Shown here in pieces: positions 40,283 through 50,321 of a DNA stretch of 64,000 nt. The stretch lies in the IMG/VR virus record IMGVR_UViG_3300007513_001104, one strand, 5' to 3'. Position 1 is the stretch's first letter, and each line of letters opens with the position of its first letter. The position numbers and the translations under genes are program-made. Under the pieces are notes generated by a model. The model ran no database searches. It was not told the DNA's origin and saw only the letters and a list, made by a program, of their open reading frames with translations. The stretch comes from a virus.

Positions 40283-42926
40283 TTTTATATGGATGCAAGG
40301 ACAATAACATATCCTTCTTTCTAGTTTTAAGTTGATGTAGTTTATTGTGATGTAAGAAATGAAACCTATTAAAAGCAAGTTTATGTCTTACTGCATTATA
40401 TCTTTCATTCTTTTCATCTGTTGAGTAATTCTTCCAGTTTTCTAATTCTTGTATTATATAATTGAACCTTTCTTTTGGGTCTCTAACAACATCATAATAC
40501 TCATTAAACATTTCAGGAAACGTTTGAAATCCTTGTTGTCTTAAATAACGAAGTGTAAATGGTAAGCTCACAACAATAAGTGGATGATAATTCATTAAAG
40601 GCTTATAGGTTTTTTCTGTGATAAAAAGTTGTGTGTCGTGTCTCTGCCTATTTTCTGGCTCTGTAAAAATAGTTTCATTAACTAAGGAAAAATAAGAACT
40701 CTCATAAAGTTTTTTATCATAGTATCTATCATCTTGTTTGAGTGTCTCTGTTGAAATATCTAATTCAATTGATTTTGGTTCTTTAAAAAATTCATTTAAA
40801 TGATCTTTCTGTGTTTTTGATTCTAACATAATCTCTGAGATCTGTAGAAGTTCGCTAGCCCATTGGTTTCTATATTCTCTTTCCCCTTCTACATCTCCAT
40901 AGTATCGTAACAAAAAGCTTATATAAGAGTGTTCATTATAACCCAGTCTGTATAATTCTGATACGACCGCCAATCTATGAGGCCGAGGCAGTCCGTTGAA
41001 ATTTAGTAAATCATGTGTTTTGTCTTCGGCTGTTGGGACTGCATGTAGTGTCTCTCTTTCATAACTAGAGTTTGGTTCAATAAACTTTCTTGCATGATCT
41101 AAGGTAAACAATCCTACTTCTAATGGATCGGTTCTCAATACATATTGTTGCCGATATAAAAATTGAAAATAATCGTAACCAATTGCTTTAGTAAACTTTC
41201 CTTGTTCGCCCATTGGATTGCTGGTAATCCAATGATCATAGTTTTTAGCAAAGTTTATATCACCAAAGATAAAATAAGAATATATTCCATTTAACTTGTT
41301 ACTAGATAATGCCCCATTTAATTTTTCCATCCACCAATGTGCGTCTAAATGAAATCCTTCGTGTGGAAATACAAAAACTATTTGAATCATTCTTTTCCTA
41401 GCTAAGTCTTTTACTTTATCTGGAATAGAACTTACAAGGTTTGATACCTCATCTAAATAAGCAATTTCAATAAAATAGTAATTGTGTAATGGATGATTTT
41501 TGCCATGTACATTTTCATTAAACTTGCTTAAATCCATTAACTTGTAATTTAACTCTGCGTATTCATACCACCAATTTATATTTGCTAATTTGCTTACTGC
41601 AATGCCTTGGCCTTCACTATACATGTTTCCTCCCAAAGGGCTGTCTAGTTTGTCAAACCACAAATAAAATATATCATTAGGATTATGAAAAGATCTATCA
41701 ACAATAAAGGGAGGTTCTATATGTGTTTTAAATTCTTTACGAGGGTTTGCTGGCATACCTAGTTGCCATTGTCCTTTTTTCCAATGATCTCTCTTAGGTT
41801 GTGGTGGGTAATCTTTTGCAAACGTTTCCATTTCAAAGTAAAAATCCCAAGGAATTTGTATAGAGTTTTGTTCATTAGATTTAAATACTTCATCAATATT
41901 TGATATTCTACGAGAATTTTCTTCTATTACTTCTTCTAAACGTTTCCTATTAGCTTTTAGTCGAGGTAGCAAATCTTTATATTTCTCTTCTAGTTCTTGG
42001 TACGAATATTTTGTTAAATTGGCCAACTGTTGTGTTATGTAGTCTGCTCGCCTTTCCCAATCTGAATGAGATAAATTTATTAAAATGTCTGGAAACATAT
42101 CTTCAAAAATGTCAAACCCCATTTCTTTTAATTTCTTATAAAGGTTTTGATCTCCTAAAATTAAAAAAGGCCTTAAACCTATAATGGGTTTAAAAGTTTT
42201 TTCACTAAGTAATACATCTGTATGAATTGTTGTTTCTGTAACTACTGTAAGAAAATGTCTTTGCCAAATTTCACCGTCTCCTAATGAAATGATATCATTT
42301 TCATTTTGTCCTTCCCACTCATTAATTATTTTTAAGGTTTTGTTATCATGTGATTCTTCTAATATAATTGGATTAGGAAAATTATAACGTGGATCTTCTA
42401 TTGTAGCAGAAACAATTCCAAAATTTTCTAAACCATTTTCATGTATTCTGTTTAATAAACCAACTCTGTGATCATGTGGTTTTCTATTGTAGCATAAAAA
42501 GTGTTTGCCGTTTTCGCCGACAGTTGCTGAACGAACCAATTTTGGTTCTTCTTTGTATTTACTTTTATTAAAATATTTCCAATGATCTTTTATATACTGT
42601 AACCAAAAGCTAAAATAATATCCTTTGTTTGTATTACCTATGTGATATACTCTTTCAAATTTATCTTCTATTAATTTATGCCCGTCTGTTCTTGTTTTAA
42701 TGCAAGCAGTATTTTCCCAATCAGGGCCGGAATAAACTGCTGCTTCAGTACATGGTGTTTTATCAATGAAATCTTTTAACCCGCTGGAATCATCACCCAA
42801 CCAAGTTGAGTTAATTAAGCAAACATGACTAGGAAGTTTTTCTAATAATAAATTTTTTAAAAAGCTTTCTGTTCTTCCTATGGATTGTGTTCCTTTGTCA
42901 AACCCCTTACTGTAATATCTATTCAT
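40275..42926 (-). CDS. Tandem two-domain glycosyltransferase-like protein
   Basis: Two copies of N..P..HR / V.ET..(S/T)EKT(F/Y)KP....P / GF..F, resembling the GT-B C-terminal lobe of GT10-type enzymes. Confidence 0.55.
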   Translation of the reverse strand: MNRYYSKGFDKGTQSIGRTESFLKNLLLEKLPSHVCLINSTWLGDDSSGLKDFIDKTPCTEAAVYSGPDWENTACIKTRTDGHKLIEDKFERVYHIGNTNKGYYFSFWLQYIKDHWKYFNKSKYKEEPKLVRSATVGENGKHFLCYNRKPHDHRVGLLNRIHENGLENFGIVSATIEDPRYNFPNPIILEESHDNKTLKIINEWEGQNENDIISLGDGEIWQRHFLTVVTETTIHTDVLLSEKTFKPIIGLRPFLILGDQNLYKKLKEMGFDIFEDMFPDILINLSHSDWERRADYITQQLANLTKYSYQELEEKYKDLLPRLKANRKRLEEVIEENSRRISNIDEVFKSNEQNSIQIPWDFYFEMETFAKDYPPQPKRDHWKKGQWQLGMPANPRKEFKTHIEPPFIVDRSFHNPNDIFYLWFDKLDSPLGGNMYSEGQGIAVSKLANINWWYEYAELNYKLMDLSKFNENVHGKNHPLHNYYFIEIAYLDEVSNLVSSIPDKVKDLARKRMIQIVFVFPHEGFHLDAHWWMEKLNGALSSNKLNGIYSYFIFGDINFAKNYDHWITSNPMGEQGKFTKAIGYDYFQFLYRQQYVLRTDPLEVGLFTLDHARKFIEPNSSYERETLHAVPTAEDKTHDLLNFNGLPRPHRLAVVSELYRLGYNEHSYISFLLRYYGDVEGEREYRNQWASELLQISEIMLESKTQKDHLNEFFKEPKSIELDISTETLKQDDRYYDKKLYESSYFSLVNETIFTEPENRQRHDTQLFITEKTYKPLMNYHPLIVVSLPFTLRYLRQQGFQTFPEMFNEYYDVVRDPKERFNYIIQELENWKNYSTDEKNERYNAVRHKLAFNRFHFLHHNKLHQLKTRKKDMLLSLHPYKND

Positions 42927-44184
42927 ATATAAAAGGGTCCTGTTTTCTAATACGTTTTATATGCCAATCAGGATCTATATCTGCCATCTCGGGAATTTCT
43001 TCTTGCCAAGTTTGATTTCTAACAGCGTCAATACGTTCCATTTCTAAAATAAATCTTTCAATCATCTTGGGATTAAATTCTTGTGACCACATAAATTTTT
43101 TAAATCCTCTAATATGTCTTACTAACATTTCTGTTCTCCAAGCAGGCTTGTAAGTTGTTAGTAACTCTTCTTCCCAGTCTGTGTATAGTTTATCTATTAA
43201 CTGTTTTTTGTTTGGATGTAAAATTCCAACGTTTAACCAAAAAGGAAAGTGGACTAAGTTTATGTGGAAATTATGTGGGTTATCTATCAATCCTTGCCTC
43301 ATTAATTCTCTCATAAAGTCTGGCTGGTGCATAACATTTTGTATGCTTACTGTAGAATTAATATTAAACTCTACCTTAGGGGTTCTTTCTTTCATTTCTA
43401 ATCTGTTATTAACCCACTTCTCCCAATCCAAACCTGTACGAACAAACTCTCCTCGAGGGCCGTAACCATCTAAACTTGCTGCCATTGTTACTCTATCAAA
43501 TTTGCCCCATGAATCTAATATGTTTTGATTTTTATAAAAGAACTGACTTAAATTTGAGTTGTATAATAAGTGTACATCTGTTCTTCCCATTTCAACAAGT
43601 CTATTAATAATCCTGTAATGCTCTTCCATCATTAAAGGTTCACCACCAGCAAAATATATTTTTTCTACTATAGGAAAATATGGCTCTATTTGTTCCCACA
43701 ATTCAAACACTCTACCTTTCTCAGGAAGATCGGGTGGCAAACTACCCCATATCTTTTTAGTATCTTTATACCAACCGGAGCTTAATTGTGGACCACAGCT
43801 ACGACATGAGAAGTTACATATATTAGAGAAACGAAAATCCCAATAAGCTAAATCCATTTCATCTAGTGTTCCATCTTCTTTTACGTCATCCCACTTGTGC
43901 ATGTAATGTTTAAAGTCTCTGTTACCTGTTATTCTAAAAGACTCGTTGCCGGTGTCTTCTTCTTTAAAACAATTAACGCATTCCGGAGGTCTTTCACCTG
44001 CTAACATTTGCCTTCTAATTTTGCGCATAGGTTCTTCATTCCAAATCTCTTTTAAAGTATGGGTTTTTAATGATCCTACTTGATGATCGCTATTACCAAG
44101 ACAACAAGCATATACGTCTTTGTTAGGCCATGTATGTAAATGTATTAAAGGTAATACGCATTTGGTATCTTTAGTTTTTGTCAT
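42919..44184 (-). CDS. Radical SAM enzyme with N-terminal twitch-like domain
   Basis: CNFSCRSC; GGEP; N-terminal C..P / ACC / CVNC. Confidence 0.93.
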   Translation of the reverse strand: MTKTKDTKCVLPLIHLHTWPNKDVYACCLGNSDHQVGSLKTHTLKEIWNEEPMRKIRRQMLAGERPPECVNCFKEEDTGNESFRITGNRDFKHYMHKWDDVKEDGTLDEMDLAYWDFRFSNICNFSCRSCGPQLSSGWYKDTKKIWGSLPPDLPEKGRVFELWEQIEPYFPIVEKIYFAGGEPLMMEEHYRIINRLVEMGRTDVHLLYNSNLSQFFYKNQNILDSWGKFDRVTMAASLDGYGPRGEFVRTGLDWEKWVNNRLEMKERTPKVEFNINSTVSIQNVMHQPDFMRELMRQGLIDNPHNFHINLVHFPFWLNVGILHPNKKQLIDKLYTDWEEELLTTYKPAWRTEMLVRHIRGFKKFMWSQEFNPKMIERFILEMERIDAVRNQTWQEEIPEMADIDPDWHIKRIRKQDPFIYE

Positions 44185-45415
44185 AGTCTTTTATTAATTC
44201 ATAAAATTCCGGAAAGACATCTTTATACTTTTCTTTTCGTATAATGTCTTGTCGGTTTGTAATGTCAAAGAATCTATACATAAGATTCTCATCACGTTCA
44301 ATTGTTAAATAATTTTTTACATTATCATAAAATATTTCGCCTTCACTTTTTTCAAGTATCTTTTCCTTTATATTTATTGGAAGTATAGCAGGGTCATAGT
44401 AGTCTGGCTCTGTAACATAGTTAGGCGAAACGTAAGGAACAATGGTTTTAAAATATTCGTGAAACTCTTTTAAATAATATATGTTCAATATAGAAATTGT
44501 TTGTAGTATAGAACAAAATATATTATCATGTCTACTTTCTAATCCTTTAAACCAATCAATTGTTTCTGTTGTTTTCTCCCACTTTGCCGGATACCTCATG
44601 TATTCATTTCGTCTTTGTATGTCATCTATAGACCACATTAACTGTACTTCTTTAAATTCCTTCCAGGCATCTTCATAGTCTTTTCCTGAAACCGTTGTAT
44701 TAGTAGAATAAACTAATGTAACATTCTTTGCTACATCCTTTTTAACAAGTTCTTCTAAAAATCCAAGGTGTTTGTCTATAAGTAACGGCTCTCCACCATT
44801 TACATAAACATATCTTAATTCGTTTATATGTGGTAACAATCTATCCCAAAAGTTTTGATCTAGTGGCCAGTTCATATTAGTTTGTGGTACTCGTAAATAA
44901 CTTTCTTCTAAATCTAAAAGCTTCCACTCCTTTTTCCAACGTGAACTTGAAATAGGATTGCATGTCCTACACGCTAGGTTACAATGGTTGCCTAAGCGCA
45001 ATTCTATAAATTCATAATTAACTTCTTTTAAACTACCATCTATATTTGTTATTTTTATAGCATCTTCTTCATTAAAATTTAAACGTTTAGACTCAACTGT
45101 TCTTTTACTAGAGTTTCCTGCTGCTTCTGAGTTCCAACACTTTTTACATTGATCAGGATACTCTCCATTAAGCATTTTTAATCTAACATCATTAAAACTT
45201 TCGCTGTTAGTTATTTTATTGAAGTCGTATTTAGTAGACAACAAGGTATTGAATACTCTAGTCTGTGAGATTGTAAAGTGTGCATTGGAAACGCCGTTAA
45301 GTGTTTCTGCCTCACAACATAAACTAACCTGGCCATCAGGGTGTGTTGCTAAGTGATTCCATGGTAATGGACAAAATGATTTAGATCCCATCCCACCACT
45401 CCTTTCCTGGATCAT
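44171..45415 (-). CDS. Radical SAM enzyme with N-terminal twitch-like domain
   Basis: CNLACRTC; GGEP; CPLPW / LCC / CKKC. Confidence 0.93.
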   Translation of the reverse strand: MIQERSGGMGSKSFCPLPWNHLATHPDGQVSLCCEAETLNGVSNAHFTISQTRVFNTLLSTKYDFNKITNSESFNDVRLKMLNGEYPDQCKKCWNSEAAGNSSKRTVESKRLNFNEEDAIKITNIDGSLKEVNYEFIELRLGNHCNLACRTCNPISSSRWKKEWKLLDLEESYLRVPQTNMNWPLDQNFWDRLLPHINELRYVYVNGGEPLLIDKHLGFLEELVKKDVAKNVTLVYSTNTTVSGKDYEDAWKEFKEVQLMWSIDDIQRRNEYMRYPAKWEKTTETIDWFKGLESRHDNIFCSILQTISILNIYYLKEFHEYFKTIVPYVSPNYVTEPDYYDPAILPINIKEKILEKSEGEIFYDNVKNYLTIERDENLMYRFFDITNRQDIIRKEKYKDVFPEFYELIKDYDKN

Positions 45416-46676
45416 TTAATATCTCTCTAAATGTCAACTCTTGTTCTCTTATTTTTTCTAAAAACAAAATATTTTGCTTTCCGTTCTTTAATCCGTTTTG
45501 TAGTTCGTCTCCTTCCCATTGTTGTTCAAAACTTTTTCTTTCTATTAAGTTTTTAAGTGAATCAATATATACTTGTGTTTTCCAAGTTTTCCTTGGCTCC
45601 ATATACTCTATAAGTTCGTTACAATAAGGTTCAACAACAGATTTCGGTAATGCATCAGGACACATAAGAACAAATGGATCAAAGCCATATGTAAATTTAA
45701 AATAAGATTTCACGTCTAGTTCTGTTACAACATCAAACAAATCTTTTAATCCAAATAAACCAGGTGTTGTAAGTGTAACATCAAATGCTAAAGCATCGTC
45801 TCCATATTCATCAATTAACCACATGCCCTTTTTAAAGTTAACCAACCACTCGTCCCACTTTATTCCTGTCCTTATATACTCACCTATTGCTCCTGCTCCA
45901 TCAATACTTGCGCATATATTCATACTTTTAAATCCGTCTAACATATCATATAAGTTATAATGCTTATAATCAATTCTGCTGAGATTTGTGTTGTAACGTA
46001 TAGTAATATTGCTTTTATGTTTTGAGTCTTTAAGTTGATCCATTATTGTCCAATGTCTTTCCCACATTAAAGGCTCTCCACCCACCCAATAAATCTCCTC
46101 TATTATATCTTGATCTACTGCTGCTTGTAATTCTTCTTCTAATACTTCTTTTTGAAAGTTTGTTATTTTCCTTCTGTTATTTGGTTGTAACCAGGGATCT
46201 TCTTGCATACGGTTGTTTACTTTGTTTTCTGCTTCCCAAGATGATGATAGTTGGTCGCCACACATTCTACATTTGAAGTTACATAGATTAGATAAACGAT
46301 AATCATATGACACCGGAACCATTGTTGTATAGCCTGTTTCATCTGTCGTGTCTAATATGTCTTGTATCTTATGTGGGAATAGTGTATCTACAAAATAAGA
46401 TCTATATGTATTTAAGTTTAAAACATTTTCATTACATACAACACATTGAGGGATTGCCTCTCCTGCCATCATACGTTTCCTTATGTCTTTCATATACTCA
46501 CTATTCCAATGGTCTTTTAATGATGTAGGATTAAAAGTTGCCTCTGGGTTTTGTTCACCTGTATCAAGATACTGTTTCTGAAAGTCTGATTCTTCTCTAC
46601 TAGCACAACACAGACGTCGTTCACCTTGCGGGCTAACGTAAGTATGTGTCCAAGGTGCTGTACAAAGATATTTCAT
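45381..46676 (-). CDS. Radical SAM enzyme with N-terminal twitch-like domain
   Basis: CNFKCRMC; GGEP; CTAPW / LCC / CVVC. Confidence 0.93.
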   Translation of the reverse strand: MKYLCTAPWTHTYVSPQGERRLCCASREESDFQKQYLDTGEQNPEATFNPTSLKDHWNSEYMKDIRKRMMAGEAIPQCVVCNENVLNLNTYRSYFVDTLFPHKIQDILDTTDETGYTTMVPVSYDYRLSNLCNFKCRMCGDQLSSSWEAENKVNNRMQEDPWLQPNNRRKITNFQKEVLEEELQAAVDQDIIEEIYWVGGEPLMWERHWTIMDQLKDSKHKSNITIRYNTNLSRIDYKHYNLYDMLDGFKSMNICASIDGAGAIGEYIRTGIKWDEWLVNFKKGMWLIDEYGDDALAFDVTLTTPGLFGLKDLFDVVTELDVKSYFKFTYGFDPFVLMCPDALPKSVVEPYCNELIEYMEPRKTWKTQVYIDSLKNLIERKSFEQQWEGDELQNGLKNGKQNILFLEKIREQELTFREILNDPGKEWWDGI

Positions 46677-47221
46677 TTCAGTTCTCTTACGATTGTTCCG
46701 TTGAAGTCATCATAGCAGCCATTAGAGAATGGATCACCATTCCAATTATCTTCTGCTATCAGGTCTTTAATTCTGCTCCATATTTTATTAAGTTGTTCAT
46801 CTTGCTCAACGATTTTATCTACCCTATCCATCATGGAGAGGATGGTATCTCCAGCGGACATATCACAGGATATTTTTCCTCCCTTCGCGTGGCTTATTCT
46901 AATATACATCAGGACAGCAGGGCCGGGATCTTGATGTTCCAGTAACAATAAACGTTGATGCTCGAACAACCCATTGACCGCCTGAACAACATTCAACGCA
47001 ATCGGCGCCCGTTTCTTATCTATGTCCACGATAGTATTACAGATTGAAATTAACCAACGAAGGGTGAGATTTTTTATTATAATATCTAAATGGGAATTCG
47101 TCAGACTGAAGAATTCTTTTTTATCTTTGGCTTTATTGTAGCGTCTAATTTTAATGATAGCAGCAATTAACAAATGACATTCATTTGGCCAAGTATGAAA
47201 TTGTAAACCTGTTGTTTTCAT
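46673..47221 (-). CDS. Hypothetical protein
   Basis: ATGA-coupled ORF within the operon; LRWLISICNTIVD motif. Confidence 0.65.
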   Translation of the reverse strand: MKTTGLQFHTWPNECHLLIAAIIKIRRYNKAKDKKEFFSLTNSHLDIIIKNLTLRWLISICNTIVDIDKKRAPIALNVVQAVNGLFEHQRLLLLEHQDPGPAVLMYIRISHAKGGKISCDMSAGDTILSMMDRVDKIVEQDEQLNKIWSRIKDLIAEDNWNGDPFSNGCYDDFNGTIVRELK

Positions 47222-47649
47222 AATGTGTGGTGTAATCCTGGCCCGTGATCTATGAACGTTTTATCTTCCATTATCTCAAAAATTCTCGTTCCTAGTTCTA
47301 TAGCTGCACGATCATGTGTTGCCATTATTATAGTTTTTCCTTGATCATTAAGTTTTTTTGACAATGATAAAATTTCCATTCGATCTTCTCTGTCTAATTC
47401 CTGGTCTGTTGGTTCGTCAAGTAAATATACATCATGAGGTTCTGTGAGCGCTCTAAGTACATCTATGGATTTCCTCGGATTCGGAATATCCCATCTTATT
47501 ATAAAGCAAGTCTCTGGATACTTCCTATTTAATTCTCTAAGAATAGATGTTTTACCTGCCGTGGCATTACCGTATATAACAACAAATTCTCCTTGTTCAA
47601 TTTCTATGTTTATTCCGTGTATGCTTATGTTAATCATATTTCCACCCAT
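47218..47649 (-). CDS. Minimal ABC-type ATPase
   Basis: Walker A GNATAGKT; Walker B YLLDEPT; H-loop ATHD. Confidence 0.75.
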   Translation of the reverse strand: MGGNMINISIHGINIEIEQGEFVVIYGNATAGKTSILRELNRKYPETCFIIRWDIPNPRKSIDVLRALTEPHDVYLLDEPTDQELDREDRMEILSLSKKLNDQGKTIIMATHDRAAIELGTRIFEIMEDKTFIDHGPGLHHTL

Positions 47650-48814
47650 GGTCTGTTAATACTTTATAAAACTCTGGAAAGAATTCTCTAAAGTCTTCTT
47701 TCCTATATTCATCACTTGCTCTCACACTAGGAAAAAATTTTCTCCATTCTAAAGGGTGATGTTTCTTACCTTTCATAAAGTTAATTATTTCAACTATTCT
47801 AGGATCTTCTTGTCCTAAGTGTCTCTCAATTACATCTTTAATATCCTCAGGTATGTTTTGTATATTAAAATGTGGAGGCCCATGAACTAGATTTAAATAT
47901 ATACTTTCACTTTTAAAGTATTCTAAAAATTCAGGTATGTACCAAATGTTTAATAAACTTACTGTATGGGCAATTGAAACATCAAACTTTTTATTTGTTT
48001 TAGATATCTCTTTTAAAGTATTAAAGTTCTTAATAACCGGCTCCCATTTTGCTGGGTGTCTCATAAATTCAAATCTATTTTGTATGCCATCTAAACTAAA
48101 GTCCATTGATATATGTTTAAATTCATTTAATATATTAAACTTCTCTTCGTCCCAGAGGGTTCCATTTGTGTTGTAATGTAAACTTATATTTTTTGAATAC
48201 CCTAACTCAATAGCATGTTTTAATACCTTCCATTGCTTCTTCATTAACAATGGCTCTCCACCATACATATCAATATATCTTATATCTGATAAATGATTAA
48301 ATATATCGTCCCATATGGCACTATCATCCTCAAACGATTTATTAAACTGTCTAAAATATTCTGTAAACTCTTTTTTACCGCTTGCAATTGATCCGTATCC
48401 ATCGTGTAATGCCAAAAATTCTTTGTTCCAAAAAGAACTATTATCCGGACCACACGTTCTACATTTTATATTACATGTGGTTCCCATGTTAAGATCTAAA
48501 ATTTGAACTTGTATCTTTCTGTCTAAATCTGCTCGATGTTCATTGTCTATCATTCTTTTACTTCTTCTGCCAACATTCTCTTGGCTCCAACAATAGTTAC
48601 AATGTGGATCTTGTACTCCTTTCTTTAAATTCTCTCTGATAATCGTTGCTGTACGACTATTAATAGCATCATCTAAACTATTTCTACGAATGTTTAACTC
48701 ATTGCCTAATTCGTCTTGATAAGGTATCATTTGTAAACAACAGCTTGTACATGTACCTTTGTTGTCAACACGAACACCCTTATCTAAATTAATGCAATAG
48801 AGCTCACTCATCAT
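47630..48814 (-). CDS. Radical SAM enzyme with N-terminal twitch-like domain
   Basis: CNIKCRTC; GGEP; CINL / SCC / CNYC. Confidence 0.93.
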   Translation of the reverse strand: MMSELYCINLDKGVRVDNKGTCTSCCLQMIPYQDELGNELNIRRNSLDDAINSRTATIIRENLKKGVQDPHCNYCWSQENVGRRSKRMIDNEHRADLDRKIQVQILDLNMGTTCNIKCRTCGPDNSSFWNKEFLALHDGYGSIASGKKEFTEYFRQFNKSFEDDSAIWDDIFNHLSDIRYIDMYGGEPLLMKKQWKVLKHAIELGYSKNISLHYNTNGTLWDEEKFNILNEFKHISMDFSLDGIQNRFEFMRHPAKWEPVIKNFNTLKEISKTNKKFDVSIAHTVSLLNIWYIPEFLEYFKSESIYLNLVHGPPHFNIQNIPEDIKDVIERHLGQEDPRIVEIINFMKGKKHHPLEWRKFFPSVRASDEYRKEDFREFFPEFYKVLTDHGWKYD

Positions 48815-50321
48815 AGTCTCCTAATGGCTCGTCTATGTTTTTGTTGTCGGGTTCTAATATCCAACCTTCTTCTTTAGCAATTCTATTTAGGTCTTCTTCT
48901 CCTACATTGTCTTTTGTACTATCACCTTCTGTTAGTTTTGCAACATTTAATATAGTAGGCGGTAAGGCGTCTAACCAATCAGTTAATATTTCAGGAAAGT
49001 CTTTTCGAATGTCTTTTCCTCTTCTTATATCGTATTGTTCGTAAAACGATTTAAAGTCTCTCCACAATGAAGTTTTAGAACTTGTACGTCTGTGTGGTGC
49101 ATCAACATGATCTAAATAATCTATTAAACGTTCTATATTACTTCTTTCTATTCCTGTCCAAAGACCTTTATTATCTTGTGTGGCATACCAGTCCATAAGT
49201 TTCTTTCTAACATGAATTTTAATATGATCAGGCAATGCTAGTGGACTTTGAAAACTAGGGAAACGTAATAGGTTCAAAGTAACTGTTGGTGACTTTGTAT
49301 TTTTAATTAATTTAAATTCGTAAACATGATCTAAAAATTCTGTAATAGAGAACAAACACAAACTATTAATTGTCATCATTATATGAAGTCCTTCATAGTT
49401 AGCTTCAGTAATAATACGTTTCATATTTTTGTTCCAAGTTTTCCACACAAAATTATCTCTTACATACTCTTGCTGTTCTTTATAACACTCTGCGCTTGTG
49501 TAAACATGAAACTTCTTAATGTCTTGGCTTTTCTCAATTAAGTTATCTAATAGTTTCTTCTTACATATTAGGTTACTATTAATTGCCAAACGCATTTCAG
49601 GACGCGCTTTCATTTTATCAAACAGTTTCCAAGTCTCGCCGGACATTAACGGTTCACCACCTGTAACTCTCAGCTCTTCTAATTCGTCTGCTAGTCCACT
49701 ATCCCACCAATCCCAGAATGCTTTGATATATGGATTTGTTTCAGGTGTTACTGCATCCCTTCCAAAAGGCTCTGTCCATTTACCATCTTGTTGAAAAGCG
49801 GCCGCTCCATCACTTACCATGTTTTGATACGGTCCATCTTTCTTAATATCTTTAGCCCATGTAGTAGAGAAACTTGCATTACAATAACTACATGCTAAGT
49901 TACATACTCTATCAAATGCTATTTCAAATGTTTTTAAGTTTGTATTATCATTGAAGTCTGCGTTGTATGCTATATCTAATTGTTCGGGTGTGTATATGTT
50001 AGACTTAAATACTCTATCAGAAACTCTAGTATCTCCAGGTATGTCTTCTATCTTCCAACAATACTCACACTCACGTGGACGATCTCCCTCTTGCATCATC
50101 TTACGCATTGCTTTTTTATGTTTTGTATTGTGTATAGCTGAAGGATTTCCTTCTAACTCTACTAATGGAATTTTGTGTGCTGGAGGGTGATGACAGCTGG
50201 CGGTTGTTCCACTACCTAACCAAGTAGTAGCGTTATACCATTTAGCACCACAAAAACTTGCAGACTTAGTGTCTAAGTTTTCTTGTCTCCACTTAACTAG
50301 CTTTTTTACATCTTCAGACAT
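48804..50321 (-). CDS. Radical SAM enzyme, CHH subtype
   Basis: CNLACSYC; GGEP; CGAKW / SCHHP / CEYCW. Confidence 0.93.
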   Translation of the reverse strand: MSEDVKKLVKWRQENLDTKSASFCGAKWYNATTWLGSGTTASCHHPPAHKIPLVELEGNPSAIHNTKHKKAMRKMMQEGDRPRECEYCWKIEDIPGDTRVSDRVFKSNIYTPEQLDIAYNADFNDNTNLKTFEIAFDRVCNLACSYCNASFSTTWAKDIKKDGPYQNMVSDGAAAFQQDGKWTEPFGRDAVTPETNPYIKAFWDWWDSGLADELEELRVTGGEPLMSGETWKLFDKMKARPEMRLAINSNLICKKKLLDNLIEKSQDIKKFHVYTSAECYKEQQEYVRDNFVWKTWNKNMKRIITEANYEGLHIMMTINSLCLFSITEFLDHVYEFKLIKNTKSPTVTLNLLRFPSFQSPLALPDHIKIHVRKKLMDWYATQDNKGLWTGIERSNIERLIDYLDHVDAPHRRTSSKTSLWRDFKSFYEQYDIRRGKDIRKDFPEILTDWLDALPPTILNVAKLTEGDSTKDNVGEEDLNRIAKEEGWILEPDNKNIDEPLGDYDE

